Shown: positions 19,301 through 28,327, counted from the stretch's first letter. The stretch: DNA of 64,000 nucleotides from Planctomycetota bacterium (GCA_019636195.1 JAHBYA010000002.1:18311-82310); one strand, 5' to 3'. Notes: generated by a model from the letters alone, not told the origin. Numbers and translations: made by a program.

Positions 19301-19866
19301 TTGCGCCAGAACGTGATGCGCAGGTCGTGCGTCGCATCGGTAGGGGCAGACATCAACTCCCATGCTTCCTTGCTGCACACGTCCATCGCATGGCTGAGCA
19401 ATGTGCCCGCCACGTTGGGATGACCCTTCAGCATTTGGCCTGCGGTGTTGAGGCTTTGCCCGTCGTGGGCGCGGAAAAAGTAGGCATTGGGCCCGGCATA
19501 GCCGACAAATGCGATACCTGCGGCCTCAAGTTGCGCCGCAAACTCTGCGTCAAGAACCTCACGGAACTTGACGTAGAACATGGATGTCGGTTCGGACGTC
19601 GGCAGCGGGCAGTCGGGGTCTGCTAGCGCGAATCGGGATTCAAGCTCAATCAATCTCGCCCGCTCGTCGAAGGTAAGCTGCTGTTCAAATCGTTGGTGGG
19701 CCTCGCGGTCAAACGCTTGACCAAGGTCCAGGCTGGTGGCCGGTCGTGTCCCCACGACATTGCCGGCCTCTGGTGCGGCCTTGCCGTTGCCGGGAGTCAC
19801 CGCAAGTACCGCTGCGGCAACGACCAATGCAATTGCAAGACACGCCCATGCGGATGGGAACCGCAT
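16324..19866 (-). CDS. Secreted subtilisin-like serine protease (S8) + P-domain + PKD-like repeats + poly-Gly + C-terminal sorting signal (paralog of the 12804..16259 gene)
   Basis: Same architecture as its neighbour, with a homologous ~250-aa N-terminal region, catalytic triad motifs and RRGDLQVQL. The tail is poly-Gly (GGGGGGGGGGGGSKGGGGGGGCSTDGG) then LLWLLIALAAGAWVCSRAVARRGQA. Confidence 0.85.
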   Translation of the reverse strand: MRFPSAWACLAIALVVAAAVLAVTPGNGKAAPEAGNVVGTRPATSLDLGQAFDREAHQRFEQQLTFDERARLIELESRFALADPDCPLPTSEPTSMFYVKFREVLDAEFAAQLEAAGIAFVGYAGPNAYFFRAHDGQSLNTAGQMLKGHPNVAGTLLSHAMDVCSKEAWELMSAPTDATHDLRITFWRNVTGEEILAWLHEREVPLLFGSTLNDGTPDPEEVRFFGVRFTTSQLKAASRDPRIEWIEPVPHKVIHNVVSASLSIAGASDVGPSTSYNLTGDGLVVGVWDGGTALDTHVALQAASSPSPINNGTKRVLRVDTSSMSSHPTHVTGTIIGDGTANANGRGYAPRAYVVSHDWNNMNSQRLTAVHNYRIVADNHSYGESTSNGGYNSSAQSSDIDIRDVLVNMCKSAGNSGSGSNTCTNDTCMKNAFVIGSLNDNGSISSFSSRGPTNDGRIIPHFQANGSGLTSTYTGSNSAYASSSGTSMSSPSACGGITLLAQLWQREYSKQRLSPDVLRGVLAATALDSGNQGPDYQYGFGRIRVRNAADLMLANKSSGGRHIVRGQVRQGNIVQWQMSVTSSTNPIKVALSWLDIYASTGSGTKLINDLDLVLISPTGTRHYAWVGLTATGNQTHQWTRVVNTSAFSRSHCNQRDNLELVDISSPAVGTWTVQVHGSLLPPNVNGNPNNVAGFVVTSLNHQIIHSKVSAEDAVNTGSPAAIPNGSGNLTRTLNVSASGNVAQVRLITDIKHTRRGDLQVQLRHPDNTTVTLNDFGTSTRRDLLAVYPDTRQYASDVTAFIGKPAGGAWQVIITDNQTGSNSGTLQWLGLEIDLTVTGGANNPPVAEAGPNQSVNEGTLVNLNGTGSFDPDGDPLTYSWSQTSGPSATLNNPTTATPSFTAPGVGSTQICVFQLVVNDGRGGISSDTVNITVNDVPAPNQPPVANAGANFSITSGQPGNLNGTGSSDPNGDPLTYSWAEIGSSFMFLSGANTATPSFTAPTVFSTTLITMRLTVTDPFSASDTDDVVVTVNPVSTNTPPVANAGPDQTVTTGAVVTLDGSASSDPDGDPLTYQWSQIGGANVVTLQNEASQFPSFTAPSVNDVLVFQLMLDDGDDISFDTVTIFVGSGGGGGGGGGGGSKGGGGGGGCSTDGGKGLLWLLIALAAGAWVCSRAVARRGQA

Positions 19867-20154
19867 CGGTGCCTCCTTCTGCGTCCGAAATGCCAAAGAA
19901 CAAAGTTGTTTGCTTACAGGAGAGTTGCCCAGACCCCACCTGACTTACGCTAACGAACAGACAATTAAAAAGTTCACTTCGAATCTTCGAATCTTATCAC
20001 ATTGTAACCACCTTCGTGCACCCGGTTTGCGACACCAGACACACGCACTCGACGGCTTGGCGTGTTCGCGCTACCTTGCAACTGGACCTGTTTTGCATGG
20101 GTGGCCACAACCACCCAGCCGTGTTATGCAGTGAAGCAACGACAAGGACGCCCA

Positions 20155-21636
20155 GTGCTGTTGAACTCTGAACTGTTTACCGCCCAGCAGGAGATCCTGA
20201 AGCATGCCAGGGAATTCGGGCTGGACTTCTTTGATGTTCACTTCGAGATGCTGGATTACGAAAGCCTGAACGAAGTGGCCGCCTACGGGGGCTTTCCCAC
20301 CCGCTACCCCCACTGGCGCTTCGGCATGCATTACGAGGAACTGCTCAAGGGCTACACGTACGGCATCAGCAAGATCTATGAGCTGGTGATCAACAATGAC
20401 CCGGTTATTGCTTACTTGATGGACAGCAATGACTTCGTGTCCCAGAAGCTGGTGATGGCGCACGTTTACGGCCACGCCGACTTCTTCAAGAACAACCTGT
20501 GGTTCAGCAAGACCAACCGCAAAATGGTTGACCAGATGGCCAACCACGCGGCGCGCATCCGCCGCTACATGGACCATTACGGCCGCGACAAGGTTGAGCG
20601 TTTCATTGACGCGTGCCTGAGCCTCGAAAACCTGATTGACCCGCTGCTGCCCTTTTCAAGGCCGCCGCAACGCCAGCAGACCGTTGACCTGGACGATGAG
20701 ACCGTGCGCATTGAGGTGACCAAGCTGCAGTCCAAGGATTACATGGACCGCTACATCAATCCGCCCGAGATACTGGCCCGCAAGCGCACCGAGCTTGAGC
20801 GCAAGGCCCAGGAGCCGCCGAAGTTCCCCGCCGAGCCGATCAAGGACGTGCTTTGGTTTCTCATGACCTACGCGCCGCTGCGCAACTGGCAGCGTGACGT
20901 GGTCAACATCGTGCGCGAAGAGGCCTACTACTTCGCACCGCAACGCTCGACCAAGATCATGAACGAGGGCTGGGCCAGCTATTGGCACAGCACGATCATG
21001 ACGCAGAAGGCAGCCACAGCCGCCGAGATCGTGGATTTTGCCGACCACCACAGCATGACGATGGGCATGAATCCCGGCGTGATCAACCCCTACAAGCTCG
21101 GGATTGAGCTGTTCCGGGACATCGAGTATCGCTGGGACCACGGCATGCACGGCCTTGAGTGGGAACGCTGCGAAGACCTGAGCGAGAAGGAAAACTGGGA
21201 CAGGCCCGCCCCCGGAGAAGGCCGCAAGAAGATCTTTGAAGTGCGCAAGATCCACAATGACCTGACGTTCATTGACGAATTCCTGACCGAAGACTTCTGC
21301 ATCCGCGCCAAGCTGTTCACGTATGACTTCAACCCCACCACCGGCCGCTACGAAATCAGCAGCCGCGACTTTGAGGGCATCAAGAACAAGCTGCGGACCC
21401 AGTTGACTAACATGGGCGAGCCGTACATCTACGTGGAAGACGGCAACTACGCCAACCGCGGCGAGCTTCTGCTGGTGCACCGCCACGAGGGCTTTGACTT
21501 GGACGAGGGCTACACCCGCGAGACGCTGCGCAACGTCCACCGTATCTGGAACCGCCCGGTGTACCTGAGCTCAAAGGAAGAGAACAAGTCGGTCCTGCAC
21601 CGCTATGACGGCAAGGACTACAAGCGCGAGTCTTGA
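20155..21636 (+). CDS. spoVR: SpoVR family protein (YcgB-like)
   Basis: ORF 20062..21636. Homology begins near GTG 20155 (ELFTAQQEILKHAREFGLDFFDVHFEM...FPTRYPHWRFG), typical of the SpoVR N-terminus. The start codon is uncertain. Confidence 0.8.
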   Translation: MLLNSELFTAQQEILKHAREFGLDFFDVHFEMLDYESLNEVAAYGGFPTRYPHWRFGMHYEELLKGYTYGISKIYELVINNDPVIAYLMDSNDFVSQKLVMAHVYGHADFFKNNLWFSKTNRKMVDQMANHAARIRRYMDHYGRDKVERFIDACLSLENLIDPLLPFSRPPQRQQTVDLDDETVRIEVTKLQSKDYMDRYINPPEILARKRTELERKAQEPPKFPAEPIKDVLWFLMTYAPLRNWQRDVVNIVREEAYYFAPQRSTKIMNEGWASYWHSTIMTQKAATAAEIVDFADHHSMTMGMNPGVINPYKLGIELFRDIEYRWDHGMHGLEWERCEDLSEKENWDRPAPGEGRKKIFEVRKIHNDLTFIDEFLTEDFCIRAKLFTYDFNPTTGRYEISSRDFEGIKNKLRTQLTNMGEPYIYVEDGNYANRGELLLVHRHEGFDLDEGYTRETLRNVHRIWNRPVYLSSKEENKSVLHRYDGKDYKRES

Positions 21637-21703
21637 CCCCGGTTTCCCGGTTGCACGGCAACCGGCCAACCGTATATTGAGCACTCCCCCCGATTGAACG
21701 AGC

Positions 21704-22585
21704 TTGCAGATTATGCGCAAAGCATTGCTGCTAATTGCCTGCGTGGCTGCGCTGATGCTTGCCGCGTGCGCCTCAAGCGAGAAGTTCCCCGGTCGTGGCC
21801 CCACGGCGATTGACCAGCCGTCGGGCGCTCCCACCCGCTCACGCTGGAGCCAGTACCTGGTGGTGATGACCGACAAGGAACGCACCGAGTTCCTTGACAT
21901 CCAGGGCGAGTTCGAGCGTGAACAGTGGGTGCGCCGCAACGGCATTGACGTGCGTGCCGACCTGTCGCGCCGCCTGGCCCGCGGCATCAGTGTCGAAGCC
22001 GCCAAGCGCCGGATACTCGAAGTGCCAGACGAGACCCACAAGCACGGTCGCAGCACCTACCTGTTTTACAGCCGCTTCAACACAGCAAGCCGCACTCACT
22101 TCTGGCTGCGCTTTGAGAACGACCAGTTGTTGAGCTGGAACAGCTACACCCAGGAACAGCAGGATCGTGAGCGGGAGCTGATTGAGTTCGAGACACGGTT
22201 GATGCGCAAGTTCGATACCGTGCTGGTCAAAGGCATGGGCGTAGCAGAGATCAGGCGGCAGGCCGACAACGCGCGGCAGGACCTGAACAAAGTTGAAATG
22301 GCGTACCGCGAACGCCTGGCTGACCCTAACTACAAGGGCGGTCGCAACGTCGGCAGCCGCGACTACATCATTGCCGAGAACCTGCTGTACGCCAAGACGC
22401 GCAACGAGCTGTTTGAGTGGTTTCAAGGCCGTGAAGCCGACAAGATCATCATCCACCGGCCCTTCGAAACTCACCAGTACTACATGGTGCACCGCGACAT
22501 CCGCGGCGTTGAGCGCATCGTGACCGCCGAGTTCGTCTTCGAAAACGGCGGCCTCGTGGACTGGTTCGTGTTCCACGAACGCTAG
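21704..22585 (+). CDS. Hypothetical lipoprotein
   Basis: N-terminus MRKALLLIACVAALMLAAC (lipobox), with no recognisable domain. Lies downstream of spoVR on the same strand. Confidence 0.5.
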   Translation: MQIMRKALLLIACVAALMLAACASSEKFPGRGPTAIDQPSGAPTRSRWSQYLVVMTDKERTEFLDIQGEFEREQWVRRNGIDVRADLSRRLARGISVEAAKRRILEVPDETHKHGRSTYLFYSRFNTASRTHFWLRFENDQLLSWNSYTQEQQDRERELIEFETRLMRKFDTVLVKGMGVAEIRRQADNARQDLNKVEMAYRERLADPNYKGGRNVGSRDYIIAENLLYAKTRNELFEWFQGREADKIIIHRPFETHQYYMVHRDIRGVERIVTAEFVFENGGLVDWFVFHER

Positions 22586-22650
22586 ACCCTAACGCACCCC
22601 AACGGCGCGGGCACCATGCCCGCGCCTTTCGTTTCTGCTACATTGCAGCC

Positions 22651-23511
22651 ATGACCCGCTACTTCACAGCCACGCCTGAAACGCCCATCGGCGATATCCG
22701 CGTCACCACTATGCTGGACGGTTGGCTTAGCCTCGATGGCGGCGCGATGTACGGCATTGTGCCCAAGGTGCTGTGGGAAAAGGCCCTGCCCGCCGATGCC
22801 CACAACCGCGTCAAGATGGCCATGCGCCCGCTGCTGGTGCGCACAGCCCGGAACATCGTCGTGATCGAAAGTGGTATCGGCCACGCCGTGCCCCCGGAAC
22901 TACATGAACGCTACGGCATTGAGCGCCTCGGCCCCACGCTGGACGAGCAGGTGCGTGCCCAGGGCGTTGATCCCGCCCAGGTTGACACCGTCGCCTGCAC
23001 CCACCTGCACTGGGACCACAGCGGCGGGCTGTGCAAACTGGTGGACAGCAAGTACGTGCCCACGTTTCCCAACGCAACCTATGTGCTGCAGCGCGGCGAG
23101 TGGGAAATCGCGATCAACCCAAGCAACCTGCACAAAGCCAGCTACACGCCCGAGTCGCTGACGCCGCTGGCAAGCCGCCTGCGCCTTGTCGAGGGCAACG
23201 CCGAGATCGTGCCCGGCGTGCGCTTTGACTTCACAGCCGGGCACACTGAAAACCACGCCGTGATCTGGTTTGAAAGCAGAGGCGAAAGCGGAGTGTTTTT
23301 CGGCGACCTGGTGCCGACGCTCAGCCATGTGCCAATGGCATGGATCAGCGCCTACGACATCAACGCCGGCGGAAGCTGGCAGGCCCGGGAAAAGTTGTAC
23401 CCAGCCGTAGTCGCCTCCAGCGCCAAGTGCTTCTTCTACCACGAGCCTGAGTACCCCGTGGGCCGAATGCTTAGGGACAAAAGCAAGTACAAGTCCGAGC
23501 CGATTGGCTAG
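22651..23511 (+). CDS. MBL-fold metallo-hydrolase
   Basis: CTHLHWDHSGGL is an HxHxDH-type metallo-beta-lactamase motif. Confidence 0.75.
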   Translation: MTRYFTATPETPIGDIRVTTMLDGWLSLDGGAMYGIVPKVLWEKALPADAHNRVKMAMRPLLVRTARNIVVIESGIGHAVPPELHERYGIERLGPTLDEQVRAQGVDPAQVDTVACTHLHWDHSGGLCKLVDSKYVPTFPNATYVLQRGEWEIAINPSNLHKASYTPESLTPLASRLRLVEGNAEIVPGVRFDFTAGHTENHAVIWFESRGESGVFFGDLVPTLSHVPMAWISAYDINAGGSWQAREKLYPAVVASSAKCFFYHEPEYPVGRMLRDKSKYKSEPIG

Positions 23512-23687
23512 CCGGGCAATGCCAAGTTGAAGCCCCCTACGCAAACCCAGTTTCGCCACAGAGCCGCAGAGAACCTCAAAAGCGGTCCGCAGATTCAAGC
23601 AAACAAGCGCAGATGTGTCCGTGGCACGGGCGTCCCTACCCGTGCGCAGTTCCCAAACAGCAGCCTCTCACAATGTTCGCCCGCCAC

Positions 23688-23733
23688 GCCCGGCCCTCCT
23701 CGGAACGCTGCACGTTCGTGAGGAGGGCCGGGC
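23688..23733. terminator. Perfect 14-bp inverted repeat (GCCCGGCCCTCCTC / GAGGAGGGCCGGGC) with palindromic 18-nt loop, between convergent genes
   Basis: Seen directly in the sequence. Located between the MBL hydrolase (+) stop and the HtrA (-) stop, with no clear U tract. Confidence 0.45.
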
Positions 23734-23803
23734 TGACGTGGCTGCGTGTTTGTGCGGCTTGGGCGTGCTGCTGAACGGGAACTACTTTGGTGCCTAAGCA
23801 ACC

Positions 23804-25036
23804 TTACTCGCCCAATGTTACTTCAATGCTGTGGTTTCTGCCGTTGCGGGTATAGGTGATCTGCACCTTCTCGCCGGGTTGGCGGCCGGCCAGTGCTGTG
23901 CGAAGGTCGTCAAAACCCGCCACCCTGCTGCCGCCGATGTCGACGATCACGTCGCCGGCCTGCAGGCCTGCCCTGTCAGCAGCAGTCCCGTAAATGATCG
24001 CGCGGATACGGGCACCCTCTTCGCCGCGCTCGGGCCGGTAGCCGTCGTCAATCTGCACGCCCAGAAATGCGCTTTGCAGGCTGCGCGGGCGGCTGCTGAT
24101 CGTGGTGTCGCGGTTGCGGTCGTCGGCATTGATGATGGCTTCAAACACGCGCCTTGCAGTGTTGATCGGTATCGCAAACCCGATGCCGTCCGCTGCATCC
24201 TGGCCGGTGCCAGCCAGCTTCCAGGTGTTGATGCCGATCACGCGCCCGGTCAGGTCAATCAAGGGGCCACCGCTGTTGCCGGGGTTGATCGCGGCGCTGG
24301 TTTGCAGGTAGTTGCGCACCAGCGTGCCCGGCGCTTCCGTGCGTCGGCCCGAATAGCTGACAATGCCCTCAGTCGCGGTGTGAAACAGCCCGTGCGGGCT
24401 GCCGATGGCAATCACCACATCGCCCTGCTCGGCCTTGTCGCTGTCGCCCAGACTGGCGGGCACAAGCCCCTTGGCGTTGATCTTGATGACCGCCAGGTCG
24501 TACTCGGGGCGGTGACCGACGAAGCGCGCCTCGTACAGGTCGTCGCCGAGCACGACGCTGAGCTGCGTGGCGTCGCTGGGGATCACGTGGGCGTTGGTCA
24601 GAATGTAGCCGTCTTCGGTCAGCACCACGCCGCTGCCCACATGGGTCTGGCCGGGAATGCGCCATGCGCTGTTGCGCGTCGCCCGGTCCGGCGTGCGCGC
24701 GACGATGCCCACTGTGAAGCGTTTGGCCCAATTGATCGCGTTGACGTACTCACGCGGCTTTTCCTGGGTCAGGGCCGGGTCTTCCACCACAGGGTCAGCG
24801 GCCAGCCGGTCCAGCACGCCCGCATTGGCGACCAGGAACATCACGCCCGTGCCGAAGAACATGCCGACCAGCAGGTACATGAGTGAGCGCCGGCCAAGCA
24901 TTTTTGCGGTGTCGGCATGGCCGCGGTTGTAGCCCTCGTAGTACGCTGCCTCAGCGGGTTCCTGCGGGTCAAGCTTGCGGATCGTCATGGCGCCTCCAGC
25001 ACTATTGTTACGCGCGAGAGCCGGTTGTCGATACAC
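23804..25036 (-). CDS. HtrA/DegP-family trypsin-like serine protease with PDZ domain
   Basis: S1 catalytic motifs VLTNAHVI, D, and GNSGGPL, followed by a C-terminal PDZ domain and an N-terminal membrane anchor. Confidence 0.8.
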   Translation of the reverse strand: MYRQPALARNNSAGGAMTIRKLDPQEPAEAAYYEGYNRGHADTAKMLGRRSLMYLLVGMFFGTGVMFLVANAGVLDRLAADPVVEDPALTQEKPREYVNAINWAKRFTVGIVARTPDRATRNSAWRIPGQTHVGSGVVLTEDGYILTNAHVIPSDATQLSVVLGDDLYEARFVGHRPEYDLAVIKINAKGLVPASLGDSDKAEQGDVVIAIGSPHGLFHTATEGIVSYSGRRTEAPGTLVRNYLQTSAAINPGNSGGPLIDLTGRVIGINTWKLAGTGQDAADGIGFAIPINTARRVFEAIINADDRNRDTTISSRPRSLQSAFLGVQIDDGYRPERGEEGARIRAIIYGTAADRAGLQAGDVIVDIGGSRVAGFDDLRTALAGRQPGEKVQITYTRNGRNHSIEVTLGE

Positions 25037-25092
25037 GGAAATGGCGCGGACATAATCGTCCGCGCCATCCGGAAACCCAGACCGGGACGGTC

Positions 25093-27063
25093 CTAGCGTT
25101 TGACCTTCAACTCCAGCGGCTTGCCGCCGCGCATGACCTTCAGGGTGTAATCACTGCCCCGCTCAATGCCGTTCATGGCGTCCCGCAACTCATTGCGACT
25201 GTCAACCTTGCTGCTGTTGACTTCCAGGATGATGTCATAGACCTCCAGCCCGGCGCGGGCGAGTGCTTTGTCGGCATCGACAATTTCGTTGACGCTCAAG
25301 CCGTGGTCCAGGCCCAGTTGCTTGCGGGTCAGCGGCAGCAGGCGTGCCACACGCACGCCCTCAACCACATCCATGTGCTCGCCGGCCGGCAGCGGTGTGT
25401 CCTTGTCCGGCGAGTCCTTGGGCTTGCCGCCCAGCTCAATCTGGCGTTGCAGCAGGTTGATCTTGTCCACGAACAGCTTGTAGTGCTTTTCAGCCTGCTG
25501 CTGGATCGCCGGCCACTCTTTCTTGTCACGGTTGACCACGCGATCCTTCAGGTCGGCAAAGGTTTCCTTTACGTTGTCTTCCAGCTCGTCAAGCTCGTCC
25601 TCAAACTTCTCGCCGTCAAGCCGTCGCACTTGCGCGATGCGTTCCAGCAGGTCCTGGCGCAGGTTGGCAATCGTCTCAAGCGGCGAGGACACTGTCTCAT
25701 CTACGCCTGCTTCTTTGGCCCACTTGTCCAGATCTGCACTGTATTGGACAAAGAACTTCTCCGCCGTTGCCAGAATGTCCTTCCAGCCTGAAGGCGGCGT
25801 GTCCTTCACTTTGTCTTCAAGTCGCTCGTAGCTGGCCAGGATCTTCTCTTCCAGATCATCCAGGTTGTTCTCGATGCGCTTGGGGCCGGCCTTGCGTATC
25901 CGCTTCAGCCGATCGCGCAACTGCTTCTTCATTTCCGTGACGCGCACGGGCACGTCCATGACGGCGGCGTCGGCGCCGATCTCGCCTGCCCACTTGTTCA
26001 GTTCATCGCTGAACTGTCTGTGGAACTTGCGGCCGTCTTCCAGGGCGCGCTCCCAGTCTTTGGGGCCGCCGTCCGCCATCTTGTCGTGCAGGTTGGCAAA
26101 CGTGTCGCGGATGCGGTCCTGCATGGAGTCAAGCGTGCCCTCCCATTTGCCGCCGGCGGGACGACGCAGATCGGAGACGCGGTAAATCAAGTCGCGTTCA
26201 AGGGCCTTCAGGCTGGCGCGATGGCGTGACTTCTTGATGTCCAGGTCTTCACGCGGGTCCTTCTCGCGGGCGTTGTCTTTCTCGCGGTTCTGGAGCTTCT
26301 GCATGTCCTTCTCAAGCCGCTGGCGGGCCTTTTCGTTGAGTGCCTTGCGTTCTTCATCGCTCAGGTCGCCATCGCCGAAATTGAGCTGATCGACCAGGTC
26401 CAGGAACTCCTGCACCTCGCCCATGTCCTTGCGGGCGTTGCCGTCGCCGATGCCGGCTTCCTGCGTAAGGTCGGCAGGATTGGCTTCGCCGTGGGCGCGG
26501 GGCGTGCCCTGCAACTCGCGATGCAGTGCGGCGTCGGACTTGCGCAGGTCTTCGGCGTCGGCAAAGGCCTGCACCTTCACTTCGGCGCCGTCGCGGACCT
26601 CGACGCGGATGCTGCCGTCTTCGTTGCGTACAAACTTGAATGCCTTGCCATCACGCTTGACGATCACTTCGCTGCCGCTGCCGCTGACTTCAACGCTGCG
26701 CGAATCGGACTTCACGCGGATGCGCAACTCCGACCTCGGGCGCTCCAGCGGCTCAGCGATGCCGCCCAACAGCTTGATGGTAGCCCGCACCTGATCGAGC
26801 GTTTCAGCGCTCAGGTCCTGGTTGCTCAGGTGTTTGCGCAATTGCGGCACAGCCGCGTCGCCCAGCGCGATCAGCGCTGTCTGTGCGCCGTTGCGAATGT
26901 CAAGGTTGGGATGGTCCAGCAACTTGACCTGCTCATCGACTTCAGCGGCCACGGGCCGGGCCTGAAGGATGTGCATGGCCGGCGTTTCGCTGGCCGCACC
27001 GTGCAGTGAAGCGGCAAGACCCAGTACCCCAAACGAGAACACCAAGCGCCCGAAACTGTGCAT
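25093..27063 (-). CDS. Secreted repeat protein with HEAT-like N-terminal repeat, highly charged ~45-aa internal repeats and C-terminal PDZ domain
   Basis: Signal peptide MHSFGRLVFSFGVLGLAASLHGAAS. The internal repeats have the form W..xL....KF...F...L.KWA.E.G.D (three copies), and the C-terminal PDZ is GLSVNEIVDADKALARAGLEVYDIILEVNSSKV. It lies directly upstream of htrA. Confidence 0.6.
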   Translation of the reverse strand: MHSFGRLVFSFGVLGLAASLHGAASETPAMHILQARPVAAEVDEQVKLLDHPNLDIRNGAQTALIALGDAAVPQLRKHLSNQDLSAETLDQVRATIKLLGGIAEPLERPRSELRIRVKSDSRSVEVSGSGSEVIVKRDGKAFKFVRNEDGSIRVEVRDGAEVKVQAFADAEDLRKSDAALHRELQGTPRAHGEANPADLTQEAGIGDGNARKDMGEVQEFLDLVDQLNFGDGDLSDEERKALNEKARQRLEKDMQKLQNREKDNAREKDPREDLDIKKSRHRASLKALERDLIYRVSDLRRPAGGKWEGTLDSMQDRIRDTFANLHDKMADGGPKDWERALEDGRKFHRQFSDELNKWAGEIGADAAVMDVPVRVTEMKKQLRDRLKRIRKAGPKRIENNLDDLEEKILASYERLEDKVKDTPPSGWKDILATAEKFFVQYSADLDKWAKEAGVDETVSSPLETIANLRQDLLERIAQVRRLDGEKFEDELDELEDNVKETFADLKDRVVNRDKKEWPAIQQQAEKHYKLFVDKINLLQRQIELGGKPKDSPDKDTPLPAGEHMDVVEGVRVARLLPLTRKQLGLDHGLSVNEIVDADKALARAGLEVYDIILEVNSSKVDSRNELRDAMNGIERGSDYTLKVMRGGKPLELKVKR

Positions 27064-27228
27064 ACACGTCTCCGATCCGGTCCGTCCAAGCGACCAACTA
27101 TTCTACGCCATCTAAGCACGGCCTGCTCCGGATTTCTGCTGCCAAAAATGCGGCAGACGGCGCGCATACCCCGCCTGTTACCGCCCGCAGTTTTGCCTAG
27201 AATCCGACCCTCGTTAGCCTTGCAAGTA

Positions 27229-28287
27229 GTGCAAAGACAGGAGCTTGCGTTGACGCCCCTGAAGTATGGCCCAATCACGCTGAAGAACAACCTGGTTGCC
27301 GCGCCGCTGGCTGGCATCAGCAACCGGGCGTATCGGGTGTTGTGCAGGCGCTATGGCGCGGGATTGGCCTACGTTGAGATGCTGAAGGTCGAAAGCTACC
27401 TGCACCACAACCGCAAGACGATGACGCTGAAGTATTACCGTGAAGATGAACGGCCTGTCGGCATCCAGTTTGCCGGCAACAACCCGGCATGGCTGGCCGA
27501 AGCCTGCCGCATGGCTGAAGACGAAGGCTACGACACGATTGACCTGAACATGGGCTGCCCCGTGCCCAAGATCGGCAAGTGCGGCGCGGGCAGCGCGCTG
27601 ATGGCCTACCCTGAACGCGCCGCGAAGTGCATGGAAGCGATGGTCAGTGCGGTGAAGATTCCAGTCACGGTCAAGATTCGCGCGGGCGTAAACGACAATT
27701 GCCTGAACTTTCGCGAGATCGGCCGAATGGCCGAGCAGGCGGGCATGGTGGCAATCACGATTCACCCGCGCACAAGGGCGCAAAGCTTTACCGGCCTTGC
27801 CAACCACCAGCTTACGGGCGAACTGAAGGCCGCCGTGAGCATACCCGTTATCGCCAGCGGCGACGTGAAAGAGCCCGAAGACGCCGTGCGCGTGCTGAGG
27901 CAAAGCGGCTGCGACGGCATCATGATCGGGCGCGGCTGCTGGGGCAGGCCGTGGCTGTTTCGTGAAATCGACGAAGTGCTGCACTACGGCCGCGTGGTCA
28001 CGGAAACGCCCGGGCCGATTGAGCGGCTGGCGGTGCTGCGCGAGCACTTTGAGATGCTGCTGGAGAGCTTCGACCCGCGCCATGCCTGCCAGGTCGTGCG
28101 TCGCTACGCCACGTGGTACATCAAGGACATTCCCGGCAGCGCGCAGTTCCGGCACCGTATGACCAAGGTGGAGAGCCGCAACGAGTTTCACGAAGTACTG
28201 GACGACATCACCGCACACTTCGAAAGCGTGGTTGGCGTGCCCGAAGATGAGTACGTCGGCAGGCGGGCCGCGCTTGTATCGACCTGA
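27229..28287 (+). CDS. tRNA-dihydrouridine synthase (DusB-like)
   Basis: LVAAPLAGISNRAYRVLCRRYGAGLAYVEM and DLNMGCPVPK match Dus signatures. The start is approximate, since ORF 27058 overlaps a divergent gene's start and a GTG/TTG start near 27229-27251 is more likely. Confidence 0.7.
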   Translation: MQRQELALTPLKYGPITLKNNLVAAPLAGISNRAYRVLCRRYGAGLAYVEMLKVESYLHHNRKTMTLKYYREDERPVGIQFAGNNPAWLAEACRMAEDEGYDTIDLNMGCPVPKIGKCGAGSALMAYPERAAKCMEAMVSAVKIPVTVKIRAGVNDNCLNFREIGRMAEQAGMVAITIHPRTRAQSFTGLANHQLTGELKAAVSIPVIASGDVKEPEDAVRVLRQSGCDGIMIGRGCWGRPWLFREIDEVLHYGRVVTETPGPIERLAVLREHFEMLLESFDPRHACQVVRRYATWYIKDIPGSAQFRHRMTKVESRNEFHEVLDDITAHFESVVGVPEDEYVGRRAALVST

Positions 28288-28327
28288 ACCCCTTTGCATT
28301 TCCCCCACCACGGCATACAAAGGCTCA

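Noticed and set aside
20656-22576. 294-aa and 245-aa minus-strand ORFs opposite spoVR and the lipoprotein gene
   Set aside because: Shadow ORFs with no motifs. The plus-strand genes have strong family matches.
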